This document shows positions 13,965 through 27,385 of a stretch of 64,000 nucleotides of DNA, in pieces. The stretch's first letter is position 1. Every line of letters starts with the position of its first letter. The stretch comes from Octopus vulgaris (lineage: Eukaryota), in assembly GCA_951406725.2 (NCBI GenBank), contig OX597814.1, positions 62,558,001 to 62,622,000 of the forward strand, in the 5' to 3' direction. The notes beneath the pieces were generated by a model. The model was not told the DNA's origin. It worked only from the letters and a program-made list of their open reading frames with translations, and searched no databases. The position numbers and the translations under genes were made by a program.

Positions 13965-14519
13965 TATCCATGTGAATGCATACATACGAACATGTATGTA
14001 TGTATGTATAAAGCCAATGGAATATCAAAGAACAATATGTATATATATATATATATGTATATAATTATAAATTTTCTTTAGAAAATCATAGAAAGCATGG
14101 AAGTGCTCGACTCAAACCCGAGACGCTAGACAAGTTCAAGAGATACAGGGAGGAAGTTCAACTCAAGCAGACTACAATTGGTGTATACATCTACGGATTT
14201 GATCAAAAGAATTGTCTAAAACATATATTAATACATTCAAAATATAGAGTTATAGAAATATAAAAATATATATGAATGTTAAAAACATGCAAGGACAAAT
14301 AAATATATAAATATGTAAATATAATGGAGTATAAAAAAAAATATAGATGAGGATAATGAAATATAGAAAGACATTTGGTTTAAAAGTTATGGGATGCAGG
14401 GAGTAACAAATGTTTAAAGATAGTTTTTGGTACCATATTTAAATGAAATGAAGTATCCCTACGATCGTTTCAAGGGTAGTCTGCTACACCAATCGTAGTC
14501 TGCTTGAGTTGAACTTCTT

Positions 14520-14555
<36 letters not shown>

Positions 14556-16091
14556 CTAGCATTATGACCCATCGTTGCCGGGTCATAGTGCTAATGCATG
14601 TATATATATATATATGTGTACATATTACATGTACATCTATATATATATATATATATATATATACATCTACACATAAAATACAAAATACAAAGTTATATCC
14701 TGATATCGCTAGTGATAACAATACTGAAAATATATAACAGACTGGAATTATAGGCCCGTCTCTTGCAATTTCGATCAATTGTATCTTGTCCTCCCTCTTG
14801 TATAGAAGTGTAGCTACAATCCAGCCTACCTCTACTTCTGGAGGGGACATTTTAAATTTTTATCCCGGACGTCCTACGTCCCAGATATAAAGGTAAAAAT
14901 AAAATATTTCCACTTTGCAAGGTTCGAGTCGAGTACTCCCTTGCACGCTCCGTTGACTCGAACCTTGCTTCTATTGTGGCGAATTTACCACCTCTAGTTA
15001 GATATATTTCATAGTCGTACCAAGACACTTTTCGATGGTGCTTTCCTCCAGGTGTTCAAATCTTTTTTTCTCTAAATTGTATACTTTATAGACAATAGTC
15101 TTTTCTTTAATTTAATTTTTTTATTTCGTTTGGTGGTGTTATCTTTGTCGGTGATCAATCTGTATTTCTTCCATTTTAATTTCAATGAGTTCGCGCCCGC
15201 CGACAGCTGCAGCGAAATTCATTTTTGGACTTTCTTCTATCGAAGGCATTCTAACAAAGATGCTTCCGTGTAAACAGTGAAAATATTGTCAATTTCCCCA
15301 AACAGGAACGCAATTCAATTTTTAAATAATAACCAAAGCTCCTTCTCCCAAAGGGGGAGGGTTACAGTTTACAATTATTTAACTAATGCAACACAACAAT
15401 GTTTCCTTTACGAGGAACCAACAAACGTGATAATAATAGTTAAACAGTAATAATAATAACAACAAACCTTACGATGAGTCAGAAAGCAGTAAGCAGTTGA
15501 AGCTTTAGTCCTTTATGTATAAGAAATAAACCAACAGGAGCGGCTGTTAAAGAAAACAGATATTACATACAGCCAAACTTCATATAGATACTTAATGCTA
15601 GCTAATTAGCAGATAATCTAATGTAAAAGCACAGCTCCATCTGGACTATTCCGTTTCTGAACGCTAATTTTATTTTTAATTTATTCCCATTCAAGTTCAA
15701 GTCATTGATGCAATTTTATACCAATTGCTATTTTTACTTTTGTTATGTTACGATTATATTATACTTTAGTTTGATTTTAATTATTACTTACTATATATAA
15801 TTCAATTGTTATTATTATTTTCATTGTTAAAGTGAAAGCATCTGACATAAAATAGAGAAATGTTTTTGTTTCACTTTTAACACGTAATACTGAAATAGTG
15901 GAGAAGATATGGTATTGCTATGGGCTCGCTCTAGGCAAGAAGTTGAACATTTTTTTTGCCCATGAAACTACATGGACCCTAAGTAAGGCATGTGTAAAAT
16001 TTGAATGAAATTGGTTGTGTAGTTCTCAAGTTTTAGGGAAACACACAGACAGACAGACAGACACACATTCTCAGTTTTATATATATATAGA
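14556..16091 (-). mobile_element. Non-autonomous Helitron (~1.5 kb)
   Basis: Minus strand starts A/TCTATATATATAAAAC followed by (GTCT)n and ends with hairpin ATGACCC..GGGTCAT (14564-14586) then CTAG/T; second copy at 63720-64000. Confidence 0.8.
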
Positions 16092-16099
16092 TATGTTTA

Positions 16100-16378
16100 T
16101 GTACTTTTTTTTACAAGATATTTGCTGTGAAAACGTGTGTTGAAACAGAAATTGTTATACATAGGGCTGGTATTTTTTGCCAATTTAATACATGTGCTAT
16201 TTATTTGATCTCCACTCCAGGTTTTATTCATATTATTTGTAGTTCATACATCTGTCAAAGTTCTTTCGTCACACATTCTGCAACGTCCTCATTGACTCAA
16301 TGTCCCATTTGTCTAAAAAAGTGAAGCTCAAATAAATAGTGCGTGTGCTTCATTGACAAAAAGACCATCACCATATAT

Positions 16379-16447
<69 letters not shown>

Positions 16448-16965
16448 GTGTGTGTATAAACAGAAGGTCTGGATATTCTAGATGAAACTCCTTTAACTGT
16501 AGGCTAAGTGGATCCTGAATGGTTGGATTATATGTCAACGTTTGGCAGATTTTTGTTTATGGTACAGACGACAGAGGCCCGTATTACATTCCGTTATTAC
16601 ATCCAAAGAATTATCTATCTTAGAATTATTTCCTTACATTGTAGATATTTATTAGTCCTTGAAGAAATTTCTAAGTTTGCTTTTTTATTCCTTTTCAATT
16701 CTACGTTACCACAGTTATAGAAGATAAAAATAGAATCGTCCTTGTGTATATCACCAGTTATTTCAGAGCACTTCTTTTTAATTATGTATAAAGAGGTCAG
16801 TGACCTGCGCTGATGCATTCGAACTCATGCTTATATCAAAACTGTTAGATAAGTCAGTTCTAGTCAAATATTGATGTTCGAATTCAACAATTGTTTTCGT
16901 AGCTGCAAATAAAATAGCTACGAGTATTTCTTGCCCAGAAAGTTTGGAGCTTTTCATTGCCAAAA
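16100..16965 (-). pseudogene. Possible decayed SecA-like (SecA_DEAD) gene segment
   Basis: Ordered weak motifs across frameshifts: IIKKKCSEITG..NKKANLEISSRTNK, NVDI, IYGDG, PGVEIK*IAHVLNWQKI; similarity from recall only. Confidence 0.3.
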
Positions 16966-17553
16966 TTAAAGATCTGTATAGAAGATTAAGATTAATATAT
17001 GACCTGTACCTAGAAATGTCTAGTTACATTAATTTAATATATTTCACATATTTCTTATTTGTAAGGCATTGGAAACAATTTTTACTGTATGTATGTATGT
17101 ATGTATGTATGTATGTATGTATGTATGTATGTATGTATGTATGTATGTATGTATGTATGTATGTATTTATATATTTGTATGTACTTTCTCTCTCTCATAC
17201 ACATATATGTGAACTAAATGTAATGTACAATTACATTTGTCAATAGATGTCACGTCAACAGGAATTAAATATCCATGTTTAAGACTTTTGCATCGCAATG
17301 CCACGGTTGCGGCTTTGATCCGTCTGCGGAGTATTTGGGCAAATATCTTTGATTATAGCCATAAGCTAATTAGTCTGTTGTGATTGAAATTTCTATCCAA
17401 ATCTGACGTCAATGAAATAAGTAGCAAAGAAAATCATACATCTAGATTATGGATAAAAACCTTTTAAAGTGTCTTTTTTTTTTTATTACAGACGCTCTCT
17501 AATGATCAAAACCAGCAAAATGATCTCCGCTCTTTCTCACACATACGTACACA

Positions 17554-17639
<86 letters not shown>

Positions 17640-17643
<4 letters not shown>

Positions 17644-18504
17644 ATGGATTCTCTTGTCGTGAACAACAAATGAGAGTTCAGTAAAATAAAATATTGATCA
17701 TGTTCAATGGACACGAATGTGTCTCTTGAGGTTTACTGGTGCCTTGCAAACCTTTCGGCAAATGGAGCGAGTTGAAGACTCAGTTTACTTGAGTGTTTGT
17801 GGATTGTTCTATATTTAAGAGATGAAGAAGTATGTACATTATTTACATTATTTACATTATCTATTGGTTGATGATGCTGTCGATTGATATGAACAACTTG
17901 TAAATGATGATGACGATATTCCACATTAAATTGTATCCTATTTTGAAAATAATTATATAGGACCACCTGGAGGAAGAGGACAGAGGAGGCGACGCCTAGA
18001 ATCTCCATTTCCATTACCTATATGGAATGTTTGGGATCAATGTATGACGGGGATTGCTCGTACTACAAATAGTTTAAAAGCCTACCACAGCGGGCTGAAA
18101 ACCGTAGTGAATATTGGTCATCTGAATAGTTGGAAACTTATTGATGTGACTAAATGTGAGGAAAGGTTTGCCAGTACCAAACTGCAGAAGTTTATGCAAG
18201 AAGATGAACCAAGCCAAAAGAAAAAGATACAGAGATATGAACCTGCGTATAAAAAATGTCATGGAAAAATATGATCCAAGCCTCAAAATTATTTTTCTAA
18301 AAGCAATTGTACATGATCTTAAGTTTTAAGAAAAAATAAATATGTAATACAGAAAACCTTAACATAAACGTTTTTTAATTAAGATATTCGTTCTTCCATT
18401 TTTCCTATGATCTCGATGAATTGACTGACGACGAATTGACCAACACCGTATTGACAGGAGCCGAATTAAACGACGACAAATTGCCGTCGACGAAGTGAGC
18501 GGAC

Positions 18505-18507
<3 letters not shown>
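17640..18507 (+). mobile_element. Mutator-like (MULE) transposon, 3' part with repeat-containing terminus
   Basis: IVSYFENNYIG..PFPLPIWNVW..RTTNSLKAYH..HLNSWKLI; ~15-bp GACGAATTGAC-type tandem repeats at 18412-18500 ending GGACAC. Confidence 0.8.
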
Positions 18508-18577
<70 letters not shown>

Positions 18578-18612
18578 GCACATGAATATATCTGCACTCA
18601 CACATATATATG

Positions 18613-18704
<92 letters not shown>

Positions 18705-19054
18705 GCCGTAAAGGATATGGTTGGACCGTCTTTTCAGCGTAAAACAACTGAGAGTACAATACGTACTTGTACTACACAAACAATATTCACAAAACATTGT
18801 ATATGTTAAATGGTTGTTCTTACTCCCATACCATGGTTCTTCGCTGCTGCTCAGGTATTTTAATACAGGGATCCTTTGTAGACATTTCAAGTTACGTGAA
18901 GCCATTGTGGCAGCAAGCACAAAACACGTATATACACACACCTATTGACACACATTACACATATACACAAGGTACCCAATAAAACGGCTGATCTTTTAGT
19001 CATATATTAAGTACTATTCAATGTATTTTACATTAGACTTTTACATGCTTTTTA

Positions 19055-19269
19055 TAATGGTTTCTAATTTTGGTATAAACCAGCAATTTTGGGGGTAGAG
19101 TAGGTCGATTACATTGACTTCAGTGCTCGACTGGTACTTATTTTTATCGGCCTAGAAAGGATGTAAGGCAAAGTCGACCAGGGCTGGAACTGAACTTAGA
19201 GCGTAGACACGAACGAAATACCGCTAGGGATTTTGCTTGGCGTGCTATCAATTCTGCCAGCTCGCTGCC
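19055..19269 (-). mobile_element. SINE family B copy
   Basis: Head GGCAGCGAGCTGGCAGAA and central GACTTTGCCTTACATCCTTTC..GATAAA..AAGTACCAGT; related copies at 20262-20456, 20838-21003, 56217 and 56497. Confidence 0.8.
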
Positions 19270-19976
19270 TTATGTATTATTTATAATAATGTACTTTTAC
19301 TAATGTTATAATTTGATAATTTTATGATTTCCTAGTTTTGTAATTTTATTCTTTTTATAACTTTATAGTTTTGTAATTTTATTCTTTTTATAACTTTATA
19401 GTTACATCAAAAAGCCATTGCATAGCTGCGGACATACGACTCATCCATCCTTTTTGGGAAGTTTTCATTTACCCAATTTAGAATTTTAACGTCCAGAATG
19501 AGGAAACTATTCAACACCAAGACATTCATCTTCTGATCAAAATTGCTCCTTCAACATATCAGTTGACTATTTCTTCAAAGAAAAATACTCTATTTAAGGA
19601 AACCAAACTACACATTTTGTACATTTATTTATTTAAAGAAATTCTTATACCATAATGTTGTACATAAACATATAAAATTGCATAATTATAAAAACCATAA
19701 AATTGTAAAGTTACAATAATTAAGTAAATTACGTGTTATAATTATTATTCAAAAATTTTACGGAAATGGATTTTGAATGAACAACATAGTAAAATTAGCT
19801 TTTTTATCAGGGTCATCTAGTGTATTTATCAAATTTGTTATTTTTAAAGCTGTTTGCACTGATTTAAAAATAACATGGTATTTTTATTCTATTTTATTTC
19901 AATTACTCCAGTCATCTGCACTCTTAGAAATATGTGTATAATCAAGATTATGCTTTACTAGTACACACTTGAAAAG

Positions 19977-20016
<40 letters not shown>

Positions 20017-20261
20017 ATATAAAATGTGTGTGCGTTTGTGCGTGTATAAGAGTGTGAGCGGTTATGTATGTAAGAGTATGTGTAATATATTTTATTTCTT
20101 TATTACCCACAGGGGGCTAAACATAGAGGCGGTTGCATCATGTTAAAAGAAACGTATACTGCATTTAAAACAAATGTTCATTTTTAAAAAATACATTTTG
20201 TTCATAAGGGCTCTCTTAAGTATTGAAAAACTTTAACGTTGTGTTGCGCATAAATATTCAT

Positions 20262-20456
20262 GAGTTCCATAAGGCCAGCAGTTTCGGAGGAAGGGTAAGT
20301 GGATTACATTGACCGCAGTGATCAGCTGGTACTCACTTTATCGACTCCGCTAAGAATTTTGCTCCGCGTGCAAAGGGAATGAAAGGGAAAGTAGACCACG
20401 ATGGAATTTGAACTCGGAATGTAAAGGCGGACAAAATGCCGCTAAGAATTTTTCCA
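20262..20456 (-). mobile_element. SINE family B copy, rearranged
   Basis: Shares blocks such as ggtac..ttatcgac and aaagtagacc..gaactc with 19055-19269. Confidence 0.7.
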
Positions 20457-20837
20457 GCTATCGAGACCAACAGATTAAGCAGTTTCGACCTTATTATGGC
20501 CATCCTCGGTAACGGATACTCGTCTGCTAGACATAGCAGTAGTTCACTCCAGTTTGCAATATATAGAAAATAAGTGACACACAGTCACTGATTTTGCAAC
20601 AAGCAAGCTAGCTCGCTAAGAGAATCTCTATAAGTGACAAAAGCAGTATCTCTACTGAGAAGTAATGTTTATCGTTATCATTCTAAAAATAAAATAAAAG
20701 TCGAATCGTTTGTAATTGAGACTAAGGATTATTTACTAGTTCTACTAAAGTATTAAGTGAGGAATTAATTCCTAAAGTAAAGTCATCTTGTAATCTATAT
20801 GGTATATACCTCCTATTGTGTGAATATTTCAATACGA

Positions 20838-21003
20838 GGGTGCGAGCTGGCAGAAGCGTTATTGCGTCGGGCATATATGCTTAGCGGCATTCTTCGATTA
20901 AATAAGTACCAGTTATGCACTGGAGTCGATATAATCGACTTAATCCGTTTGTCTGTCCTTGTTTGTCACCTCTGTGTTTGGCCCCTTGTGGGCAATAAAG
21001 AAA
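20838..21003 (+). mobile_element. SINE family B copy with internal deletion
   Basis: gcgagctggcagaa..aataagtaccagtt..gcactggagtcgatataatcgact. Confidence 0.7.
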
Positions 21004-21479
21004 TGAAATATATTACACATACTCTTACATACATACCCGCTCACACACTTATACACGCACACCACACACACACAAATTTTTATATATATACACACACACA
21101 TAATTTTTTATAAGTATACACACACGTATATATACAAAAATGTATATATGTTTGCATCTCGCTTTCAATGTATGTGTTTTAAGCTTAACAAAATTTTATA
21201 AATATCGGATGTTATAACGTCTGTGTTGTTTTTATGTGTTTCTAATCCTTTAGAAACTTTTACAAAGATTTTTAATTGCAAAATATCTTTCCTTTTCTTA
21301 TCACATTTCTCTTAGCATTAGCTTTTTCTTCAAAAATTTCCGTCTCAGTTTTCTTTGACCCATTTTCTCTCAGCTTTACTATAAACTATTATAATGGTAC
21401 AAACTGCTGACAACATTACTTTTTTGTTGATGCTTATACTTATAAACTAAACGTAAATTTCTGTAATTGCTGACGTTGA

Positions 21480-21700
21480 ACGACGGTAGTTATTCTATCA
21501 CTCACAGTCAGCTTTGATTGAGCAGGCCTATGACAAAAGCTTACGATTCATGATCATTCTTCTTTTCTTCATAAGTTTATCTAGAAGGACTTTAGACTAA
21601 TGTGCCTTTTTGTATTCCTTAAAGACGTTAAGGATGATATTTGAGAGAAATGTGGTTGCTATTTCTATCAGGTAAAAAAATCACAAAGACTGCATCTTGT
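21480..21700 (-). repeat. Dispersed SINE-like repeat family C
   Basis: Shared blocks tagaaatagc(a)gccaaat and gatcataggtctgctcgatca with an (AAC)n tail; related copies near 2925-3120, 23490-23695, 24040-24200, 27490-27655, 33600-33790 and 41575-41785. Confidence 0.6.
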
Positions 21701-22059
21701 TCGACGACTGTAGTTATAGTTTGATGAAGGTGTTAATTTCTCCACTCTTTACTTAAACCGAGCTCTTGTTCTGGTTCACGAAAGACTATTGATAGTAAAA
21801 GTGTTGTCAAACACACGTTTTGCTCTCTCAGATTTACTGTCGTTGTGAAGTCAGAATTTGTTTCCATTGCTAAACGGTATTTGCCACATTAGTTTTGATT
21901 AAGATTCAAATGTTATTAGTAATCAATTTAACTTTGGATTGAGCGTTTCATTCAGCATATTCAATTGTCAAAATTAGGGCCAAGATCTATTGGTAAGGTC
22001 GATCGAATAAACTGTCGATGTTTGTCTGAGAGACACAGATATCAGATCAGCGTGAAAGT

Positions 22060-22500
22060 TGTTATGCCTTTTCCTAAATCAAGGGAGCAAGAGTCATTGT
22101 GGTTGAGATAGAATTGGTAAAGAAAAGAAATAATACGCCTGTGGAATAGTAGATGTAAAGAATCGACAACTGATTATCATTGAAACATTTTCCGATCTTG
22201 AAGAGAAAGCTCAATTTTGGGGCAGTAGGTATGCTATGCTACATACGAATGGAAGATATAGTTAAACATTTGGGTACAGAAAGGTTGCTAGATTTTGTGA
22301 CAGAAATTACTCCGTCAGTACTATTGGAAAAATAACTGCAGCACATTTTACGTCAATATTTTCTGATAGAATATTTATAATCTTGCGTGTTCCAGGAAAT
22401 ATGCAACTATTAAACTTGCACTAGTGAAGTCAATTACTGTTTTGAAACTATAGCAGGCAGCATGTTTAGATGATTTTTCTCCTGAGTTATTGCGACAATT
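22060..22500 (+). mobile_element. Possible Merlin/IS1595-like transposase relic
   Basis: GARVIVVEIELVKKRNN and CGIVDVK..IIE weakly resemble the VEIDE..KRK.N motif; heavily broken. Confidence 0.25.
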
Positions 22501-22679
22501 TGAGAAATGAAGTTACACCCACAGATTGTTAGACTACGGAGCGAAGGGGCAGTTTGCATTAGTTGTCAACCGGTGGGCACTGTTTACTCATATTTCGTCA
22601 CAGGTAGCATAGCAAGGTAGAGCTTATAGTTTAAGTAATAGGAGGACTCTCCAAGGATTCTTTTTGCTGCTTTTTTTCA

Positions 22680-23350
22680 GTCACGTCAGTTATGGGGGTA
22701 TGCACCGTTACATCGGTCCTGCATCCACCATTTATTAGCATGTGCTCGGGTCGTCCCAGACAATCCTCCGAACAGTTTTCCAGCTAGTTCTTATCTCTGC
22801 GAGATACTTCCTCATCCTTCTTGACCATGTAGCGTATGATTGACCAACACGAGTCACCAGCTCAGCCGGATTCTCATAGAAGAGAACACAACACGCAAGA
22901 AAATCGAGCAACATGACCAATCAATCTTAACTGATGCTCCTGAATCATATAAGTAACAAGATGCATCCCAGGTTCTGAGTATAGCCGTTGGCTGGTTACA
23001 AAATCCGACCAATGGTAATCAATAATCCTGCAAAGTGTCCTGGTACCAAAGGAGTTCAGGTGGACCTCTAAGGGCTCCTGACAGTATCCAAGTCTCGCAG
23101 CTGTAAAGCAGGACAGTGGGTGGGGGACGGACCTGAAGACCCGAACCTTTGTCCTCTTGCTCAGATATCAACAGCGCGAAACATCCTTGTGCAGTGACAA
23201 CGCAACTGCACCCACCCATCTAAGTCGGACTGGCAGCTAATGCTGCTATGGATTACACTGTTGGAATAAGTGAAACGGTCAGCAATTTAGATACTCTCGC
23301 CTACAACAAAGATAGACGACATGGAGTCCTTCAGAAAGTCAACGATTTAA
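22680..23350 (-). mobile_element. RTE-clade LINE 3' fragment
   Basis: LSKRTKVRVFRS..VLLYSCETWIL..RTLCRIIDYHWSDFV..QLRLIGHVARF; 3' end with short TGAC-type repeats. Confidence 0.8.
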
Positions 23351-24779
23351 AATTCTTGTAAGTGCCGTGTATTTCAACTTCATTGAGAATCCTTCAAAGG
23401 TATACCATGGTAGAAAACAAAGCCAACGAAAATATAACAATAACATCAACAACAGTAAGGAAGGAAACAACATCAACAATGAGTCAACCCGGGTGCCTTG
23501 GTGTAGTCATTCGATATGCTAGAAATAACAGCTACCATATTTTCAAAAAATCATATTCTATCGTGCTTTAAAAAAAAGAAGGACATATAGGATAATGTTG
23601 ACACAAAATGTGATGGGAACGGTTAGAATGCTTTATGATCATCCGCTTACTTGTTTAAAGCTGTCACGAGTCTAAATAACAACAGCAACAAGATTAATAG
23701 ACACAACGACAACAACAAAGAGTGTGATGAGTCCTACACTGTTGTAAGTGTCCTTCTGGTGAGTCTAATTATACAGCTTTCCACTGGAAATTAATTTAGT
23801 TCCTTTGTATGAACTATTACATTTACAAAATTTAAGAATTATATATTTACGTTACTAATACTCCTCACAACCCCATTATCAACCGATATAAATAGTAGGC
23901 TTGAGTTTATGTCTACCTAAGTTACTTATGTGAACAGTTTGCTCAGTTATGTAAACTGTTTATATACTCTTGTAAACCTTTATTTGGTATATGGTTTTAA
24001 AAGCATCATTTGATTTAACTGAAAAGAAGCAATCGGCAAACCAACCAGAAATAGCAGCCAAATCTTCCTAGAATCACATACAAACGTGTCAGAAAGGAAG
24101 ACACATTCAATAACATTTTCATAGATTAGTTATGCACTCAATATTTCTCAGTTTACACTATACCGTCTTAAAATAGAAAGAACTCATTAAATAATATATA
24201 GAACTTAGTGAGTAGGTTTACCGTGAGAAGTGAAGAATGTAACGTTTCGTCCATTTGTCCTTTGTTGAATGAAATGAAAAAAAAAAAAGGATAGCAGTTT
24301 CAGTGCATAGTAAAAATTAAACGCCACAGTGAGTTAGTTTGAATGGTTAAAGGAAGATAAAGATTAATAGCAGATATTATGTACAAAGGAAAAGAATCAT
24401 GGTCAAGTGCACACAAACAGTGGCATAAACGTATATGCAAAGATGCTATGGAGAATTAGGAGAAAGGTTGGTAGCGTGAGCTTGAATGTAGAACTGAAGA
24501 ATGACAAAAGAGAGGGTCTAAAATTAAATAATGCAATTTGTACCGGAGGTGAGGGTGATAGATACTTTGTGAGGATAGGGCTTATATATCTGTTACAGTC
24601 GTATACACATTATATATAGATAACTGCGTACAGTATATATATTGTTATACCTCATTTATTGTTATTGATTCTTTAGAAGTGCAGCTTTAAGTAAAAGAAC
24701 ATAAAACAAAACCAGTTTTATCATAGGCTCAGTGATTTGATTACGGTTTACGTCCCTATATTCTTAGAAATATTCAAAA

Positions 24780-26185
24780 CAATTCTGATATTAAACATGA
24801 AAGTATATATGTGCTAAACAAACCTACACTGAAGTGGTTTGGAATTAATTCTCATGTTTATCGTCTTTAGAACAGTGCGGTTCCAGGTCCATGAAAACTT
24901 CAGATATTTCTTCACTACGTGTTTCAAATAACTCCACGACATTATCTTAGTTTATTTATTGAAAGTCAGCCTTGCACGCCAACCTTAGGGAACATCTTGC
25001 AACCCACTATCAGCCCAATGCAGTTTGAATAGATTTTACTCCAAACAAAATTGTTTCGCTTTTTCTTTTCATTTCTCGCATGTCCCTGTCAAATTTTCAG
25101 TAGCATTCACGTTGTGTTTATAATAATCCTCTAGTCGATAGATTGAACCAAGCTGGTTGTGTTTGAAAGCAGAATGGCTTAAACATTATCTGTCCTTTCA
25201 TCCAAGTTAGTTGGGTAACCTGGAGCACTGTCCGCAAGAAGCAAGGCTTTATTTTGAAGGTTCTTAGTCAGGCAATACTTTTTGACTGCTGGAAACACAA
25301 AGTAAACCAATATTGGAATATCGGTCTGGTGGTTCACTTCACTATTTCTTTTATTTAATCGTTACATAACAGGAAGATGAGATTTAGAGTAGCCTTCTAT
25401 AGTTACTGGGCAATAAAACTGATAAAAAACCCCAAACAAGTGGCTTGAGTTTTAAACTCCTTGAGGTATTAACACCGTGAAAGAAAGCCATAAGATCTGT
25501 AGCTGCTTTGAAGCCGGGTGAAGCGTTTTTGCTTCAGAAACGCAAGTTCATTTTGATATTCGTTTCCAAAACGAATATTTTCGGTAAAAACTTTTGTGTG
25601 CTGTGTGTCCTTTTGTAAAGGACACACAGCTGGAAATACCGTTACACAAAGCTGGAAATACCGTTGCACCTTCTTGGTCGGTCGTTACATGGTCATCTGA
25701 AATTCGTATCTTCTACAAGTCACCTGGAATATGTATCTTCTAAAGTTATAAACAATTTAGGAAAGACTCAAATTACAACAAAGTTTTTACTTTCAGCAGT
25801 AGAACACTTTGTTTTTAAACCGTCAAATAAACAGAAAACTTCCATTTGTATATGTAGCGATGATGGAATGTTACCCTGGAGCATGTCTTCCATCCTTGCT
25901 TAAAAGTCTTTTTGTATTTTCCACTATACTGGTTCTATTCCTAGTTAATTTTGTAGAATGATGTTATGTTTTGAGCATAAACTTTAACTACTCCAGAATT
26001 TCAGTGAATTATTCGTACAGTTTGCTGGATGAAGAACGAGAGCTCTTCTAATGAATAATATCTATAGTTCAATGTACATCATCAACTCTCTGTAAGACTC
26101 CTGTGGTAGTTTTTAATGCTAGACATTTTCTGTTTTATGTTTTAACTGACTGTTGTGCTGCACTGTGCACGCTTAGTCGACATTT
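24780..26185 (-). mobile_element. pogo/Tigger-like transposase pseudogene
   Basis: FWKRISK*T..PGFKAATD..LKLKP; VFPAVKKYCLTKNLQNKALLLADSAPGYP..SNTTSLVQSID (DDE_1-type). Confidence 0.8.
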
Positions 26186-26879
26186 TTAACAGAGATAAAT
26201 AAAGGAATAAATTTTTACGATGTGAAACTTGTAGTAGCACTTACCCCCAACATTTCAAAAGAAAAAGAAAAAACTGTCCTCCAAAAACAAACGAAACACG
26301 AGAAGCAAAACAAAAACAAACGTTAACAAAATTTGGTTTGTTTTTCAACTGGCAGGCAACGTAACAGTTTGCCGTCCAGTTGCTTTGTGTGAAATTGTAC
26401 ACTTTCCTTTGCAACATTTATTCATTTATTTGTTCTACTTTATTGTAATTATCATTTAATGTCATAACTAAAGGGTTAGAAAGAGGCATCCTGTTAGAAA
26501 CACTTTTTGCGTTCAGCCCGTCAAAGGATGCAGAGTTACATATGAACATTTTGAGTGGGTTAATAAAAATGAAACACATCTGGCTTTAGAAGTGTTTTAA
26601 TTTGCATCTGATAAGTACAATTTCGTCCTTTAATTTACTTTGCATTGGCTATTGTATATTATAAGTACTGTCTTACCATGAAGTAGATAGTAGAAACATA
26701 TTATATCTTAGGGGGACGATCGTAAAACAACAGAATTTTTTCATACATTCTAGTGAATTGGAAAATATAAAAATATAAAAGCTTACTAAAGAATGAAAAG
26801 GAAAAGAAAATTAAAAAAAAACAATCAGTATTAGGGATGCACACTTTACGAATTTCTATTTTGAAGTATGCGTCGAGGT

Positions 26880-27385
26880 GGCGAACAGGTATAATCGGGC
26901 AAAGTGCGGTAATACAGCTGATGGCTTGGGGCTGGTGGAGGGCAGCGTGAGTAAGTAATGCATTTGTTTCGTCATGGAAACAATCGGAGTTGCTACTGCA
27001 GAGAAATTGAGGGAAAAGGTGGCAAGTTCGGCGTGTGGGATGTAAGGAAGAAAAGTTGAAGTAGGAATGAGAGTTTGTAGATTCGCAGCTGGCCAAGGTG
27101 GAGAACTGCTTGGTTTAGATGGAGGCAAAGAGTCTAGGATGTGGATGAAGGTGTTAAAAGTAGGGGGATGTTAATTCCTGTGTGAGGTGCAAAATATTGA
27201 TAAAGGATATAAAAAAGATGAGTTGATCTCTAATTAGTGAGGTGTTACTAACTTTACCATCGTTGTAAGGACTGTATAGACAGATTTACCTAGTAAATTG
27301 AAAGAAACTTTGGGCCTTAATGTGGCCTACAAAACGCTGATGCAATTGTGTACTATTTTAGTACTCAAGGCAACTCCACTTGAGT
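26880..27385 (-). mobile_element. Penelope-like RT/thumb fragment, old
   Basis: ESTNSHSYFNFSSLHPT..FPQFLCSSNSD resembles the PLE thumb consensus KPTNSHSYL..SS.HP..PFSQFLRLRRLCS. Confidence 0.6.

Noticed and set aside
19420-19620. Possible transposase C-terminal scrap (MDESYVRS)
   Set aside because: Too short and degraded to call
24236-24275. Hammerhead-like GAAACGTT on the minus strand
   Set aside because: No CUGANGA box and stem II does not pair
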